Below, in pieces: positions 15,020 through 24,049 of a stretch of DNA of 64,000 nucleotides (within the stretch, counting starts at the first letter, position 1; each line of letters starts with the position of its first letter). Origin of the DNA: a virus. A program made the translations under genes and the position numbers. The stretch spans positions 1 to 64,000 of the IMG/VR virus record IMGVR_UViG_3300047089_000307; one strand, 5' to 3'. The notes under the pieces were generated by a model that did no database searches, was not told where the DNA came from, and saw only the letters and a program-made list of their open reading frames with translations.

Positions 15020-15439
15020 GTGAACAAGATCGTAACTGCCGCCTGCGCCGCGGCACTGGCTGCGGCACTGGCCGCCTGCGGAGGCGGCGGGGGCAGCAGC
15101 TCCGGCGCGGCGCGGTCGGCCGCAGGCAGCATCGCGGCCAACCCGACCGTGAAGGCGGACGAGCAGGCCGCCGCGAAGCTCATCCAGGGCTGCCTCACGG
15201 CGGCGCACATCGCGGACGTGAAGTCCTGCATCCTCGGCAAGGTGTCCAAGGACAAGCGCACGGCCCTTGGCCAGTGCCTCGCCAGGGACGCGGCCGGGGT
15301 GGTCGGCCGCGCTGATGCCAGGGCGAAGTTCGCGCAGGGAGCGCAGGCATGCGTCACCACGGCCCTGGCCGTTCCCGTCCCGGGGGCCTCCGCGAACATC
15401 CCCGGGGTCACGGTGACGCCGGGCCCGAGCGCGTCATGA
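15020..15439 (+). CDS. putative lipoprotein
   Basis: signal peptide with LAAC lipobox. Confidence 0.7.
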   Translation: MNKIVTAACAAALAAALAACGGGGGSSSGAARSAAGSIAANPTVKADEQAAAKLIQGCLTAAHIADVKSCILGKVSKDKRTALGQCLARDAAGVVGRADARAKFAQGAQACVTTALAVPVPGASANIPGVTVTPGPSAS

Positions 15440-15792
15440 GTACCCCTGAGCAGTTCCCGGCGACGGTCGCTGACCGCTCGCCGGGGCTGGCCGGCGCTGC
15501 TGCGTACTCAAGCTCTTACGCCCCCCGCAGGACCTTCCCGGTCAGCACGGAGGATGCCGTGCGCGGGGATGCCAGAAAATGCCCGGTCGCGCAGGCGTGC
15601 CGACAGATGTGGCCCGGGTGCGAGCCGCACATCGAGGGCGACGACCCGCACGTCATCCTCGCAGACGGTATCCGCATCCCCGTCCGGCTGGACCCGCGCC
15701 TCATTGAGGACATCGGCAGGTTTGACCGGGGCGAGGACGGCTGCTTCACGACGGGGTCCCTCGTGATCACCGGAGGGGAGTTCTGGCGATGA
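15436..15792 (+). CDS. hypothetical protein
   Basis: ATGA coupling. Confidence 0.6.
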   Translation: MSTPEQFPATVADRSPGLAGAAAYSSSYAPRRTFPVSTEDAVRGDARKCPVAQACRQMWPGCEPHIEGDDPHVILADGIRIPVRLDPRLIEDIGRFDRGEDGCFTTGSLVITGGEFWR

Positions 15793-16142
15793 GCTCACCG
15801 GAGGCGATCGACGTTACCCGCGAGGATGGCGTCACCCTTACCTGCGCCCGGTGCGGGGTGCAGCGCAGCCTGCCGCGCAACTGGCGGCAGCTCATGCAGG
15901 AGGACCCTCTGACGCCGCCGGACTGGGACGGGGTCCTGCGCTGCCAGGCCAGCCACCTGCCTGAGCCGATGCACGGGTTCGAGGGCGTGGAGAACGAGGA
16001 CGGCCAGTACAAGCGCTGGCGCGGCCGGTGCGCGTGCGGCCACGAGGCACCGTGGACGGCGGATAAGGACGCAGCCTGGGAGGAAATGGCAGCGCACCTC
16101 CTGCCCGCCCTGCTCGCCGCGATGGCCAGGGGGCAGTCATGA
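15789..16142 (+). CDS. hypothetical Zn-binding protein
   Basis: CARC and CACGH motifs. Confidence 0.65.
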   Translation: MSSPEAIDVTREDGVTLTCARCGVQRSLPRNWRQLMQEDPLTPPDWDGVLRCQASHLPEPMHGFEGVENEDGQYKRWRGRCACGHEAPWTADKDAAWEEMAAHLLPALLAAMARGQS

Positions 16143-16218
16143 CCTTTCGCTATCGCTACTTCGTCACCGGGTTCAGCGACTCCCGATCGGGCCTCAGCGG
16201 CCGGATGGAGATGATCCG

Positions 16219-16464
16219 ATGACTACCGCGGAGCTGCTCCGCAAGGCTGCCGCCGCCCTGGACGACGGCTCCAGCCCGCTGGATAACTGGTTCCTGACGG
16301 AGAACGGCGTCACCATTGACCAGGCGCATGCCCTGGCCGGGCAGCTGGCGATCGGCGCCCGGGTCGTGGCGGCGGGCATCGAGAGCCCGAAGTCGGTCCA
16401 GGGTGCCGCCATGCTGCGCACCATGGCCGCGGAAGTGCTCAAGAGCGAGGAAGGGAAGAAGTGA
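16219..16464 (+). CDS. hypothetical protein
   Basis: RBS and codon bias. Confidence 0.65.
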   Translation: MTTAELLRKAAAALDDGSSPLDNWFLTENGVTIDQAHALAGQLAIGARVVAAGIESPKSVQGAAMLRTMAAEVLKSEEGKK

Positions 16465-16691
16465 GCATGGCCAACAGCGGACCGTCGTTCCTGCCGCGCG
16501 AGGACCCCCCCGGCAGCAGCGAAGCCGCGTGGAATGCCTTCAGGGGCCTCATCGCGGTCGCGATCAGGGACTACCCGGCCTACGCCGGCCGGCCCGGCTG
16601 GTCTTACGGCCTGGACCCGCTGGACTTCGAGGACTTCGTCCCGGAGCTGGCGGACTACATCATGGCCGTCGTCACGGGGAGCGCCCGGTGA
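16461..16691 (+). CDS. hypothetical protein
   Basis: GTGA coupling. Confidence 0.6.
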   Translation: MSMANSGPSFLPREDPPGSSEAAWNAFRGLIAVAIRDYPAYAGRPGWSYGLDPLDFEDFVPELADYIMAVVTGSAR

Positions 16692-17791
16692 CCGCGGAGA
16701 ACGGGCTTGATGCCCTCGCCGACCGGAGGCGGGCTGCCAGGGGCCGGAGCATCCCGAAGATCAGCCTCCTGTCCGCCGCGGGCATTGAGTCGGCCGGCTG
16801 GGGCATCGTCATTGCCCACCTGGTGAAGTGGGCCGTCTCGTTCGGGTACTTTGCCACCTGGCAGCTGAAGTACCCGGGGCCGCTGTACGGGAATGGCAAG
16901 CCCTACCTGCTCTGGTACGGCAAGGACTTCTGGGACCGGCTGCCCGTCCACGTCCAGAACGGGCTCCCCGGTGAAGTCGCCGTCTTGTGCGGCCTGGCAA
17001 CTGCGGGAATCCTCATCGCCATGAGCTGCCTGGCCTTCGCCAGGGCAGGTGAGGCGGGCCGCAAGGCAGTGCTCGCGACAGGCGTCCTGGCGGCGCTGGC
17101 CTGCGGCTGCCTGACGGCCCTGGAAATCGCGCGCCTCCTGTCCGGCTGGCACGTGCACTGGTTCCCCGGCGGCGGCCCGGAGCCCGCCTGGTGGATCACG
17201 TGGCGGCACGACATCCGGGACGTCGGCATCACGCTGATCGCGACCATCATCGTGCGGCTGATGTTCGCCAAGCCGAAGTACGGCGTGGACGACAACCCCG
17301 GGCCGGCCGTCTACCTGACCAGGATGCCGCTGGCCATCGGCGCGGCGCTCATCCCCGTCGCCATCGTGGGCGTCATCGCCTGGAAGCTGCCCTGGCTCAC
17401 GCACCATGGCGTGGAGGTCCCGGCCCGGTACGGGGCAGCGGCAGCGGCCTCCAACGAGTGGCTCGCGGCGGGCACCTGGATAGCCAGCGTGATGGGCATC
17501 CTCGGCGGCCTGGTCGCGACCCGGGTCATCCAGCGGGTCGCCGACGACATCCAGTGGTTCTGGGCGGAGCGCTCGGCGGCGAAGCTGCGGGCGCAGGGGT
17601 TCCTGTCCACCGGGCGGGTGATCGGCACGCCAGCTCACCGGCTGCGGGTGCACTGGCTGCTGGATAACAGCCCCGAGCTGCCCGTCCGCAGTCCCTGGCT
17701 CGTGCGGATCATGGTGGCCATCGCGTTCCTGTCCCTGCTGTTCGCGGGAGCCGGGGCGTGGCTCAACCTGGCCGGCCCGGCGGCGCACTGA
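16688..17791 (+). CDS. multi-pass membrane protein
   Basis: several hydrophobic segments; GTG 16688. Confidence 0.7.
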   Translation: MTAENGLDALADRRRAARGRSIPKISLLSAAGIESAGWGIVIAHLVKWAVSFGYFATWQLKYPGPLYGNGKPYLLWYGKDFWDRLPVHVQNGLPGEVAVLCGLATAGILIAMSCLAFARAGEAGRKAVLATGVLAALACGCLTALEIARLLSGWHVHWFPGGGPEPAWWITWRHDIRDVGITLIATIIVRLMFAKPKYGVDDNPGPAVYLTRMPLAIGAALIPVAIVGVIAWKLPWLTHHGVEVPARYGAAAAASNEWLAAGTWIASVMGILGGLVATRVIQRVADDIQWFWAERSAAKLRAQGFLSTGRVIGTPAHRLRVHWLLDNSPELPVRSPWLVRIMVAIAFLSLLFAGAGAWLNLAGPAAH

Positions 17792-17957
17792 TGGGGCCAC
17801 AGGACTGGCGGCTTCTCGCCCGCGTCCTGCGCCTGGGCGGAAGGCGGACCTGGGGGATTAACGAGCCGGGTACCCGTCACCTGGGGTCCATCCTGGAGGC
17901 GATGGCCGGGGAAGCTGAGGCCATCGCCATGGAAGAAGAGGAGGTGCGCTAGCCGGG

Positions 17958-18221
17958 ATGGGCGTTAAGTTCACGCAGACTCCTGTCGCCCCGGGCGACC
18001 GGTACGGGCACCTGGTCATCGAGCGTGAGGTGGCCAGGGGCCCGTACGGGCACGAGACCCGGCGCATGGTCCTGGTCCGCTGCGACTGCGGTGACCTGGT
18101 CGTGAAGGTCCTGAAGGACCTGCGCGCGGGGGTGAGGTCCTGTAGCCCGTCGTGCCCGCAAAGGTATGTTAAAGTCTTACCGACGAGTGCTCCTGTCGTT
18201 GGCCCGCGTTTTTCCGGATGA
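17958..18221 (+). CDS. hypothetical protein resembling homing-endonuclease N-terminal domain
   Basis: GDRYGHLVI...RCDCG. Confidence 0.5.
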   Translation: MGVKFTQTPVAPGDRYGHLVIEREVARGPYGHETRRMVLVRCDCGDLVVKVLKDLRAGVRSCSPSCPQRYVKVLPTSAPVVGPRFSG

Positions 18222-18238
18222 GGGGCGACTCAGGAAAC

Positions 18239-18273
18239 GGCGGCTTCCCGTGCCAGCGGGAGGCCGCCTTTTT
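18239..18273 (+). terminator. intrinsic terminator
   Basis: GGCGGCTTCCCG/CGGGAGGCCGCC plus T5. Confidence 0.8.
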
Positions 18274-18290
18274 AGTTGCCGGGACAGACT

Positions 18291-18363
18291 GGATTAGACT
18301 GGCCCTCAATGCTGCGGCCTGCGGGAGCCAGCCGGGAACTGATTCCTGGAGCCAGCCATCGCC
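18291..18363 (+). promoter_or_regulatory. conserved 73-bp element, copy A (TAGACT -10, uATG, GGAGCCAGCC x2, ATC start)
   Basis: 67/73 identical to 50942-51014. Confidence 0.8.
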
Positions 18364-20103
18364 GCCCAGCTGTTCGCCCGGCCGCTCGTCTACCTTCCGG
18401 ACGGGTCGGTCTACGAGGGTGAGCTGACGGGCAGCCAGCTGCCCCGGCTGTGGACGTCGCCCGAGCGGCACCGGGTCAAGGACCCCGACTGCCGTACGTG
18501 CAGCCAGCGCGGGTACCCCAGGCTCGGCTGCGGGGACTACGCCTCGGCTGAGCTGCTCCAGTGGGCGCCGTCGTGCGGCTATGACCTGGACCTGTGGCAG
18601 CGCTGGTGGCTGACCGAGGCGTGCGGCGTCAAGCCTGACGGCCGCTGGGCAGCCTTCGAGGTCTGCAACATATGCAGCCGCCAGAACGGGAAGAACCAGC
18701 TCCTGGAAGTGCGGGAGCTGGGCGGCCTGTTCCTGTTCGGCGAGCAGATGATCATCCACACGGCGCACGAGTTCAAGGCCGCCGCCGAGCACTTCCGCCG
18801 CGTCCGCGACACCATTACCTCCTATGATGAGCTGAGCAGGCGCGTCAAGCGGGTCATGACCAGCCACGGCGACGAGGCCATCGAGCTGCGGCCGACGCCG
18901 ACCCTCATCTTCGGCCCGGGGGGCGCGCGCGTCCGGAAGTCCGTCACTGCCCGGCTGCGCTTCCTGGCCCGCTCCCGCGGCTCCGGGCGAAGCTTCACGG
19001 CAGACTGCGTAGTGTACGACGAGGCCATGTTCCTGAGCGACGAGCAGGTTGGCGCGTCCATGCCCACCATGCGCGCCGTGCCCAATCCGCAGATGTACTA
19101 CACGGCCTCGGCGGGCATGAAGGACAGCGTCCAGCTCGCCACGGTCCGGCGGCGCGTCATGCGGGGCGACCCCACCGTGATGGGGGCGGAATGGTCGATT
19201 GACCCCCACCTGGACACGTGCCCGCGCGACGAGGTCCACGGCCGCAAGTCCAATCATTACGTCACCTGCGGCAGGCACGATGACCGGGACGACCCGAGGT
19301 CCTGGGCCAAGGCCAACCCGGCGTTCGGCCGGCGCATCTTCTACGATCACGTCCGGCGTGAGTTCGCGGCCATGTCCCCCGCCGCGTTTGACCGGGAGCT
19401 GCTCGGCGTTGGTGACTGGCCCGCGGAAGAGGAAGCCTGGGCGGTCGTCACCGAGGCCGCCTGGGAGGGCTGCGCGATGGATAACCCCGGCGGGGCCACC
19501 CGGCCCGTGGCGTTCGCGGTCGACGTCAACCCGGAGATGACGGTGGCCACCATCGCGGCGGCCTGGGAGCGCCCGGGGCCGCCGGAGCTGGTGGCCGTGC
19601 CGAAGGTCTATGCCACGGACGGCTCCGAGCGCAGGGGGCAGCCGCCGCCCGCCCGGCAGGCCCGGGTCGTGCTGGAGATCCCCCGCGGCTGCTCGCGGGA
19701 GGGCACCAGCTGGGTAGTGCAGCGGCTGGCCGAGCTGAGGAGGCAGTGGCGCCCGGTGGCCGTCTGCATCCCGCGCAACGGCCCGGCCGCCGCGCTGGCC
19801 GACGCCGCCGCGCACGCGGGCATTGACGTCCTGGTCGCCACCTCCGGGGACGAGGCCGCCGCATTCGCGCTGATGGTCACCGGGATCAGGGACAAGAAGG
19901 TCATCCACATGGGACGGCAGAACGCCCCTGCGCTGTGGAGCGCCATCGCCAGCGCGGAAACCCGCGACATCGGCGACGGCGGCCGGGGCTGGTCCCGGCG
20001 CAACAGCGAGGAGGACATCACGCCGGTTACCGCGGCGACCCTCGCCTACTGGGCGCTGAACAAGAAGCGGCGCAGCTACGACATCCGCAGGAGCATCGCA
20101 TGA
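18358..20103 (+). CDS. terL: terminase large subunit (probable non-canonical ATC start)
   Basis: LDLWQ and SRQNGK Walker A lie upstream of the ORF-track start; GSGRSF, VYDEA and KANP motifs; frame open back to TGA 18340. Confidence 0.9.
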   Translation: MAAQLFARPLVYLPDGSVYEGELTGSQLPRLWTSPERHRVKDPDCRTCSQRGYPRLGCGDYASAELLQWAPSCGYDLDLWQRWWLTEACGVKPDGRWAAFEVCNICSRQNGKNQLLEVRELGGLFLFGEQMIIHTAHEFKAAAEHFRRVRDTITSYDELSRRVKRVMTSHGDEAIELRPTPTLIFGPGGARVRKSVTARLRFLARSRGSGRSFTADCVVYDEAMFLSDEQVGASMPTMRAVPNPQMYYTASAGMKDSVQLATVRRRVMRGDPTVMGAEWSIDPHLDTCPRDEVHGRKSNHYVTCGRHDDRDDPRSWAKANPAFGRRIFYDHVRREFAAMSPAAFDRELLGVGDWPAEEEAWAVVTEAAWEGCAMDNPGGATRPVAFAVDVNPEMTVATIAAAWERPGPPELVAVPKVYATDGSERRGQPPPARQARVVLEIPRGCSREGTSWVVQRLAELRRQWRPVAVCIPRNGPAAALADAAAHAGIDVLVATSGDEAAAFALMVTGIRDKKVIHMGRQNAPALWSAIASAETRDIGDGGRGWSRRNSEEDITPVTAATLAYWALNKKRRSYDIRRSIA

Positions 20104-20396
20104 TCTCACGGGTTTCCCTGGACATCATGAGGGCCCGGCGGCTGGCTGCCTGGCATGAGGCGAAGGACCTGGTGGAGAAGGCAGCCCGGGAGGACCGCGC
20201 CTTCCTTACCGCCGCCGAGCAGTCGCAGTGGAGCAGGCTTACCGATGAGATGACGGCCCTGGACGCCCAGATCAGGCAGCGCCTGGAGCTGAGCGCGAAG
20301 TTCGCGGGCGGCCGGCTGGTGGCGGACGAGGCCGGGTCCCGGCACGGCTACGCCCTGCGGGCCAGGTCCCTGACGCTGGAGGAGATGGCGCCGTGA
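20100..20396 (+). CDS. stand-alone homolog of the capsid N-terminal scaffold (delta) domain
   Basis: aligns by eye with residues 1-60 of major capsid 24050. Confidence 0.7.
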   Translation: MISRVSLDIMRARRLAAWHEAKDLVEKAAREDRAFLTAAEQSQWSRLTDEMTALDAQIRQRLELSAKFAGGRLVADEAGSRHGYALRARSLTLEEMAP

Positions 20397-20671
20397 CAGG
20401 GCAGGGCATGCAGTACCCGCACTGTGACCAGCGCATTCTTCACGCGCCAGGTGAGTGCCAGTACTGCGATGCGCACCCGGACTGGCAGGAACTGCGCGCT
20501 TCCTGGCACATTGCGTTTTCCGGTCATGCGCCTGAGCATGGCGAAACGGCGTGCCCGGCCGACCTGGCGGTGCTGTTCGGGGAGCGCGGGAACTATAACT
20601 GGTGGGGCGGTAACCGGCCCTTGCCTGAGTTATCCTGCCGTCATGGCCATTACCGCCCAGATCCCGGTTGA
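20393..20671 (+). CDS. hypothetical protein
   Basis: HCD..ILHAPGEC.YCD motif. Confidence 0.65.
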   Translation: MTGQGMQYPHCDQRILHAPGECQYCDAHPDWQELRASWHIAFSGHAPEHGETACPADLAVLFGERGNYNWWGGNRPLPELSCRHGHYRPDPG

Positions 20672-20867
20672 CGAGATCACTGCCCGCGCCCGCGAGGTGA
20701 AGTTCTCCCGGATCGCGCTCACGCTCATCATGGGATTCTTCTACCTGATCGGGTGGGCGGCGGGGCATGCCTGGCTCGGTGTGGTCATTTGCGCGCTGTC
20801 GGCCCGCCGCGGCTGGCTAGAAGGCCAGGGAATTACCCAGGCCGTGGCAGTGCCGCCGCGAAGATGA
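20643..20867 (+). CDS. small membrane protein
   Basis: hydrophobic segment preceding portal. Confidence 0.6.
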   Translation: MAITAQIPVDEITARAREVKFSRIALTLIMGFFYLIGWAAGHAWLGVVICALSARRGWLEGQGITQAVAVPPRR

Positions 20868-21022
20868 CTTTCAGTATTTAATAGTCGGTTACCGTATTAC
20901 GGTAGCGGCCCTTTTCCGCTGGTGTGTGCTAAATTCCCAGCGGTGGCGTACGCTTGCCGTTAACATACCCGCGGCCATTCTCCGGAGCCGGGACTTCTTG
21001 ACCGGAGGGACCCGGGAACCCT

Positions 21023-22672
21023 GTGGGGCTGCTTGAGCGCATCCAGGCCGATCGCGCTGAGAAGCGCGCGATAACTGGTGTTCCCTGGCGCCCCTGGGAT
21101 AACCCCTTCATCAAGTTCAACCTGGGCGGCCCGGTTCACCCCTCCCGTGCCGCTTACGGCCAGGACCAGGCGCTCGGCCTCCCCGCGCTGTACTCGTGCA
21201 CCCGGCTGCTGGCCGAGTCGCTGGCCAGCCTCCCGCTGAAGCTTTACACGAGTCCTCCCGGGTCGGACGTCACCACGCGCTACACGGGGCCGTCACTCTT
21301 CGACCAGCCGAGCGCGGACACGGACGTCACGCTGTACGACTGGCTGTACCAGATGATGACCGCGCTGCTGCTGCACGGCAACGCGTGGGGCCTTATCTCC
21401 GGGCGCGACGGCTACGGGTACCCCACTGGCATTGAGTGGATTCCCCCCGAGCGGGTGTACGTGCAGGAGGACAGCCAGCAGCCGTGGAACCCGATGCGCA
21501 CCCGCGTGTACGTGGACGGACGGCTGTTCCCTGACTGGCGCAGCGATCTCTTCCACGTCCGGGGCTACGCGCTGGCCGGGCGCACGGAGGGCCTGTCCCC
21601 GCTGCGCGCGTTCGCGCTGACCGTGCTGTCCGGCATTGAGTCCCAGAAGTACGGCGCGGACTGGTACCTGAACGGCGGCTTCCCCTCCGGCGTCTTCCAG
21701 AACCAGGAGCTGGAGGTCAGCCTGGAGGACGCGCGGGAGATCCGCGAGTCGCTGATGGAGGCCATCCACGGGCACAAGCCGCTGGTCGTCGGGCGTGACT
21801 GGGACTACAAGCCCGTGTCGGTACCGCCGTCAGAAGCGCAGTTCCTCGAAGCGACCCAGATGAACGCCACCCAGGTCGCCGCGGTCTACGGGCTGCCCCC
21901 GGACCGGGTGGGCGGCCGGCGCGGCGACTCCCTGACCTACAACACAGTAGAGCAATCTACATTGCAAGTGATTGAGGCGCTGCGGCCGTGGATCGTCCGG
22001 CTGGAGACTGCCTTCTTCCGGCTGCTGCCGCAGAGCCGCTTCTGCCGGTTCAATTCCGACGCGCTGCTGAAGACCGACCTGAAGACGCGCACCGAGATCT
22101 ACGCGCAGCAGCGCGCGATCGGCATGCTCACCGTGGACGAGATCCGCGACATGGAAGACCGCATGCCGTACCCGAACGCCACGGGCGACGAGAAGATCCC
22201 CCAGGACGTCATGGTCGCCATGTCCCGGTCGATCCGCGGCATCCCGAATTCCATGCTGCCGAGCATCACCCTGGAAGTTGACCTGATCGCCGACCGGCTG
22301 ACCAAGCTCCAGGGCGAGGGGCTGACCAAGCCGGAGACCGAGCCGTCCATCCCTAACCCGGAGGACTTCCTGTCCGGCCAGGTCGGCTCCGTCCGCTCGG
22401 CCGCGGGCGCGCCGCCGCTTCCCCACGCGATGCTGGCGCACTTGCAGGCACTGCTGGCCGAGCACGTCGGCCGCGAGGCCGCGGCGCAGATCCTCGATAA
22501 GTCCCTGGCCACCGCGGGAGCCGATCGCAAGCAGCCGGAGTTCATCGGGCCGTGGATTCCGTCCGAGGCTGACCTGGCGAAGGCAGAGGCCGTCCTGAGG
22601 CTCGCCGCGTTCCCCGTCCCGGAGCTTGCCTCCGCGAACGGCGGCAACGGCAACGGGAACGGGAGGCACTGA
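21023..22672 (+). CDS. portal protein, HK97 family
   Basis: LLLHGNAW, GLSP, EAQFLE and VEQ motifs. Confidence 0.95.
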   Translation: MGLLERIQADRAEKRAITGVPWRPWDNPFIKFNLGGPVHPSRAAYGQDQALGLPALYSCTRLLAESLASLPLKLYTSPPGSDVTTRYTGPSLFDQPSADTDVTLYDWLYQMMTALLLHGNAWGLISGRDGYGYPTGIEWIPPERVYVQEDSQQPWNPMRTRVYVDGRLFPDWRSDLFHVRGYALAGRTEGLSPLRAFALTVLSGIESQKYGADWYLNGGFPSGVFQNQELEVSLEDAREIRESLMEAIHGHKPLVVGRDWDYKPVSVPPSEAQFLEATQMNATQVAAVYGLPPDRVGGRRGDSLTYNTVEQSTLQVIEALRPWIVRLETAFFRLLPQSRFCRFNSDALLKTDLKTRTEIYAQQRAIGMLTVDEIRDMEDRMPYPNATGDEKIPQDVMVAMSRSIRGIPNSMLPSITLEVDLIADRLTKLQGEGLTKPETEPSIPNPEDFLSGQVGSVRSAAGAPPLPHAMLAHLQALLAEHVGREAAAQILDKSLATAGADRKQPEFIGPWIPSEADLAKAEAVLRLAAFPVPELASANGGNGNGNGRH

Positions 22673-22892
22673 TGCCCTGCGGCGTCTCGAACCAGGAGAC
22701 CGGTGACCTGCGCGGGTGCCACCCGGCCAGGAAGCATGCGCGCAGCCGGCACAGGGCGCGGTGCGCCACCGGGGACGGCGCCCGCCCCCGGCGGCCGGCG
22801 CCGGAGGCACCCGGGGACGCGACGGCGGTTCCCGGTGACTGGGCAATAACGGGCGGGCTCACGGATGCAGCCCCGGACTAAAGGAAACGCGA

Positions 22893-23918
22893 ATGGATGA
22901 CGAGAGCCGGGCTGCGATGTCGGTGCAGGCCATGAACAACCTCCCCGACAGTGCCTTTGCCTACATCGAGGATGGCGGGAAGAAGGACGCCTCGGGTCGC
23001 ACGACCCCGCGGAGCAAGCGCCACTTCCCCGTGCACGACGCCCCGCACACCCGTAATGCCCTGGCCCGCGCGCCGCAGTCGCCCTTTGGCAAGCAGGCGA
23101 TGGCGAAGATCCTGAGCGCGGCGCGCAGGTTCGGCATCACGGTGCAGGGCAGCCAGCGCTCCGCGTTCGGCGAGGTCCCCCCGGACGGCTTCCCGGAGCG
23201 CCGGTTCACCCGGTTCCCGCTGGAGGTCCGCCAGGCGCACCCGGAGGACCCCAAGCACATCTACGGCTACGCGGCGTGCTTCGGCAAGCTGAGCCGCAAG
23301 CTGGGCGGCTTCGTGGAGCAGGTGTCCTCGCTGGCGTTCAACGAGTCGCGGGCCGATAACTGGCCGGACGTCGTGTGCCGGTTCAACCACAAGGACGACC
23401 TGCTGCTGGGGACGACGTACGCGAACACGCTGGACCTGCGGGTTGACGAGCAGGGCCTGCTGTACGACGTGATCCCGCCGCAGTCGCGCGGCGACATCGT
23501 GGAGTACTGCCAGCGCGGCGACGTCCGGCACAGCTCGTTCGCGTTCCGGGTGTTCCCGGGCGGCGACGAGTGGGGCGTGTCGGAGTTCAACTACCCGATG
23601 CGCACGCTGCTGTCGGTGCAGCTGGTGGACGTGGCCCCCGTGCTCGACCCGGCCTACCCGGACTCGACCGCGGCGGCCCGCGCGCTGAACGGCGCCGTGG
23701 AGTCGCTGAGCAACTGGGTGCAGGCGGACCCGGAGGAGGTCCGGTCCCGGCTGTCGGACGGCCGCGGGATGGAGTTCTTCAAGCGGACCGATAACACCGG
23801 GATGGCGCGGCGCTCGCTGCCGGCCCAGGCAGCGCCGGCCAAGCCAGTCCTGTCCGGCCAGCAGGCAATGCTCGCCCTTCAGGCCAACATGGAAGATCCC
23901 TTCGCAGACGAAGGGTGA
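22893..23918 (+). CDS. prohead protease, HK97 family, with extra N-terminal domain
   Basis: GYAACF, FNH, SSFAF and PAY motifs; N-terminal LPDSAFAY..RHFPVHD..RNALAR domain. Confidence 0.92.
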   Translation: MDDESRAAMSVQAMNNLPDSAFAYIEDGGKKDASGRTTPRSKRHFPVHDAPHTRNALARAPQSPFGKQAMAKILSAARRFGITVQGSQRSAFGEVPPDGFPERRFTRFPLEVRQAHPEDPKHIYGYAACFGKLSRKLGGFVEQVSSLAFNESRADNWPDVVCRFNHKDDLLLGTTYANTLDLRVDEQGLLYDVIPPQSRGDIVEYCQRGDVRHSSFAFRVFPGGDEWGVSEFNYPMRTLLSVQLVDVAPVLDPAYPDSTAAARALNGAVESLSNWVQADPEEVRSRLSDGRGMEFFKRTDNTGMARRSLPAQAAPAKPVLSGQQAMLALQANMEDPFADEG

Positions 23919-24049
23919 TTTCCGTGGCATGCTTAGCAGGAGTAAAAGGGCTAGGCAGACAACAGAATACCGAGAAATACAAAAATGCCGTGGTCGTAGC
24001 TGCTATAGGTACGGACGGAGCCGGCGAGGAATGATTCAAGGAGAATCGA

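Noticed and set aside
18169-20109. Long minus-strand ORFs opposite terL, portal, glycosyltransferases and tail genes
   Set aside because: Antisense shadow ORFs typical of high-GC coding DNA
20360-20396. Shared C-terminal LTLEEM motif with ORF 51434..51763
   Set aside because: Plausibly imposed by an embedded GGAGGAG SD sequence; too short to support homology
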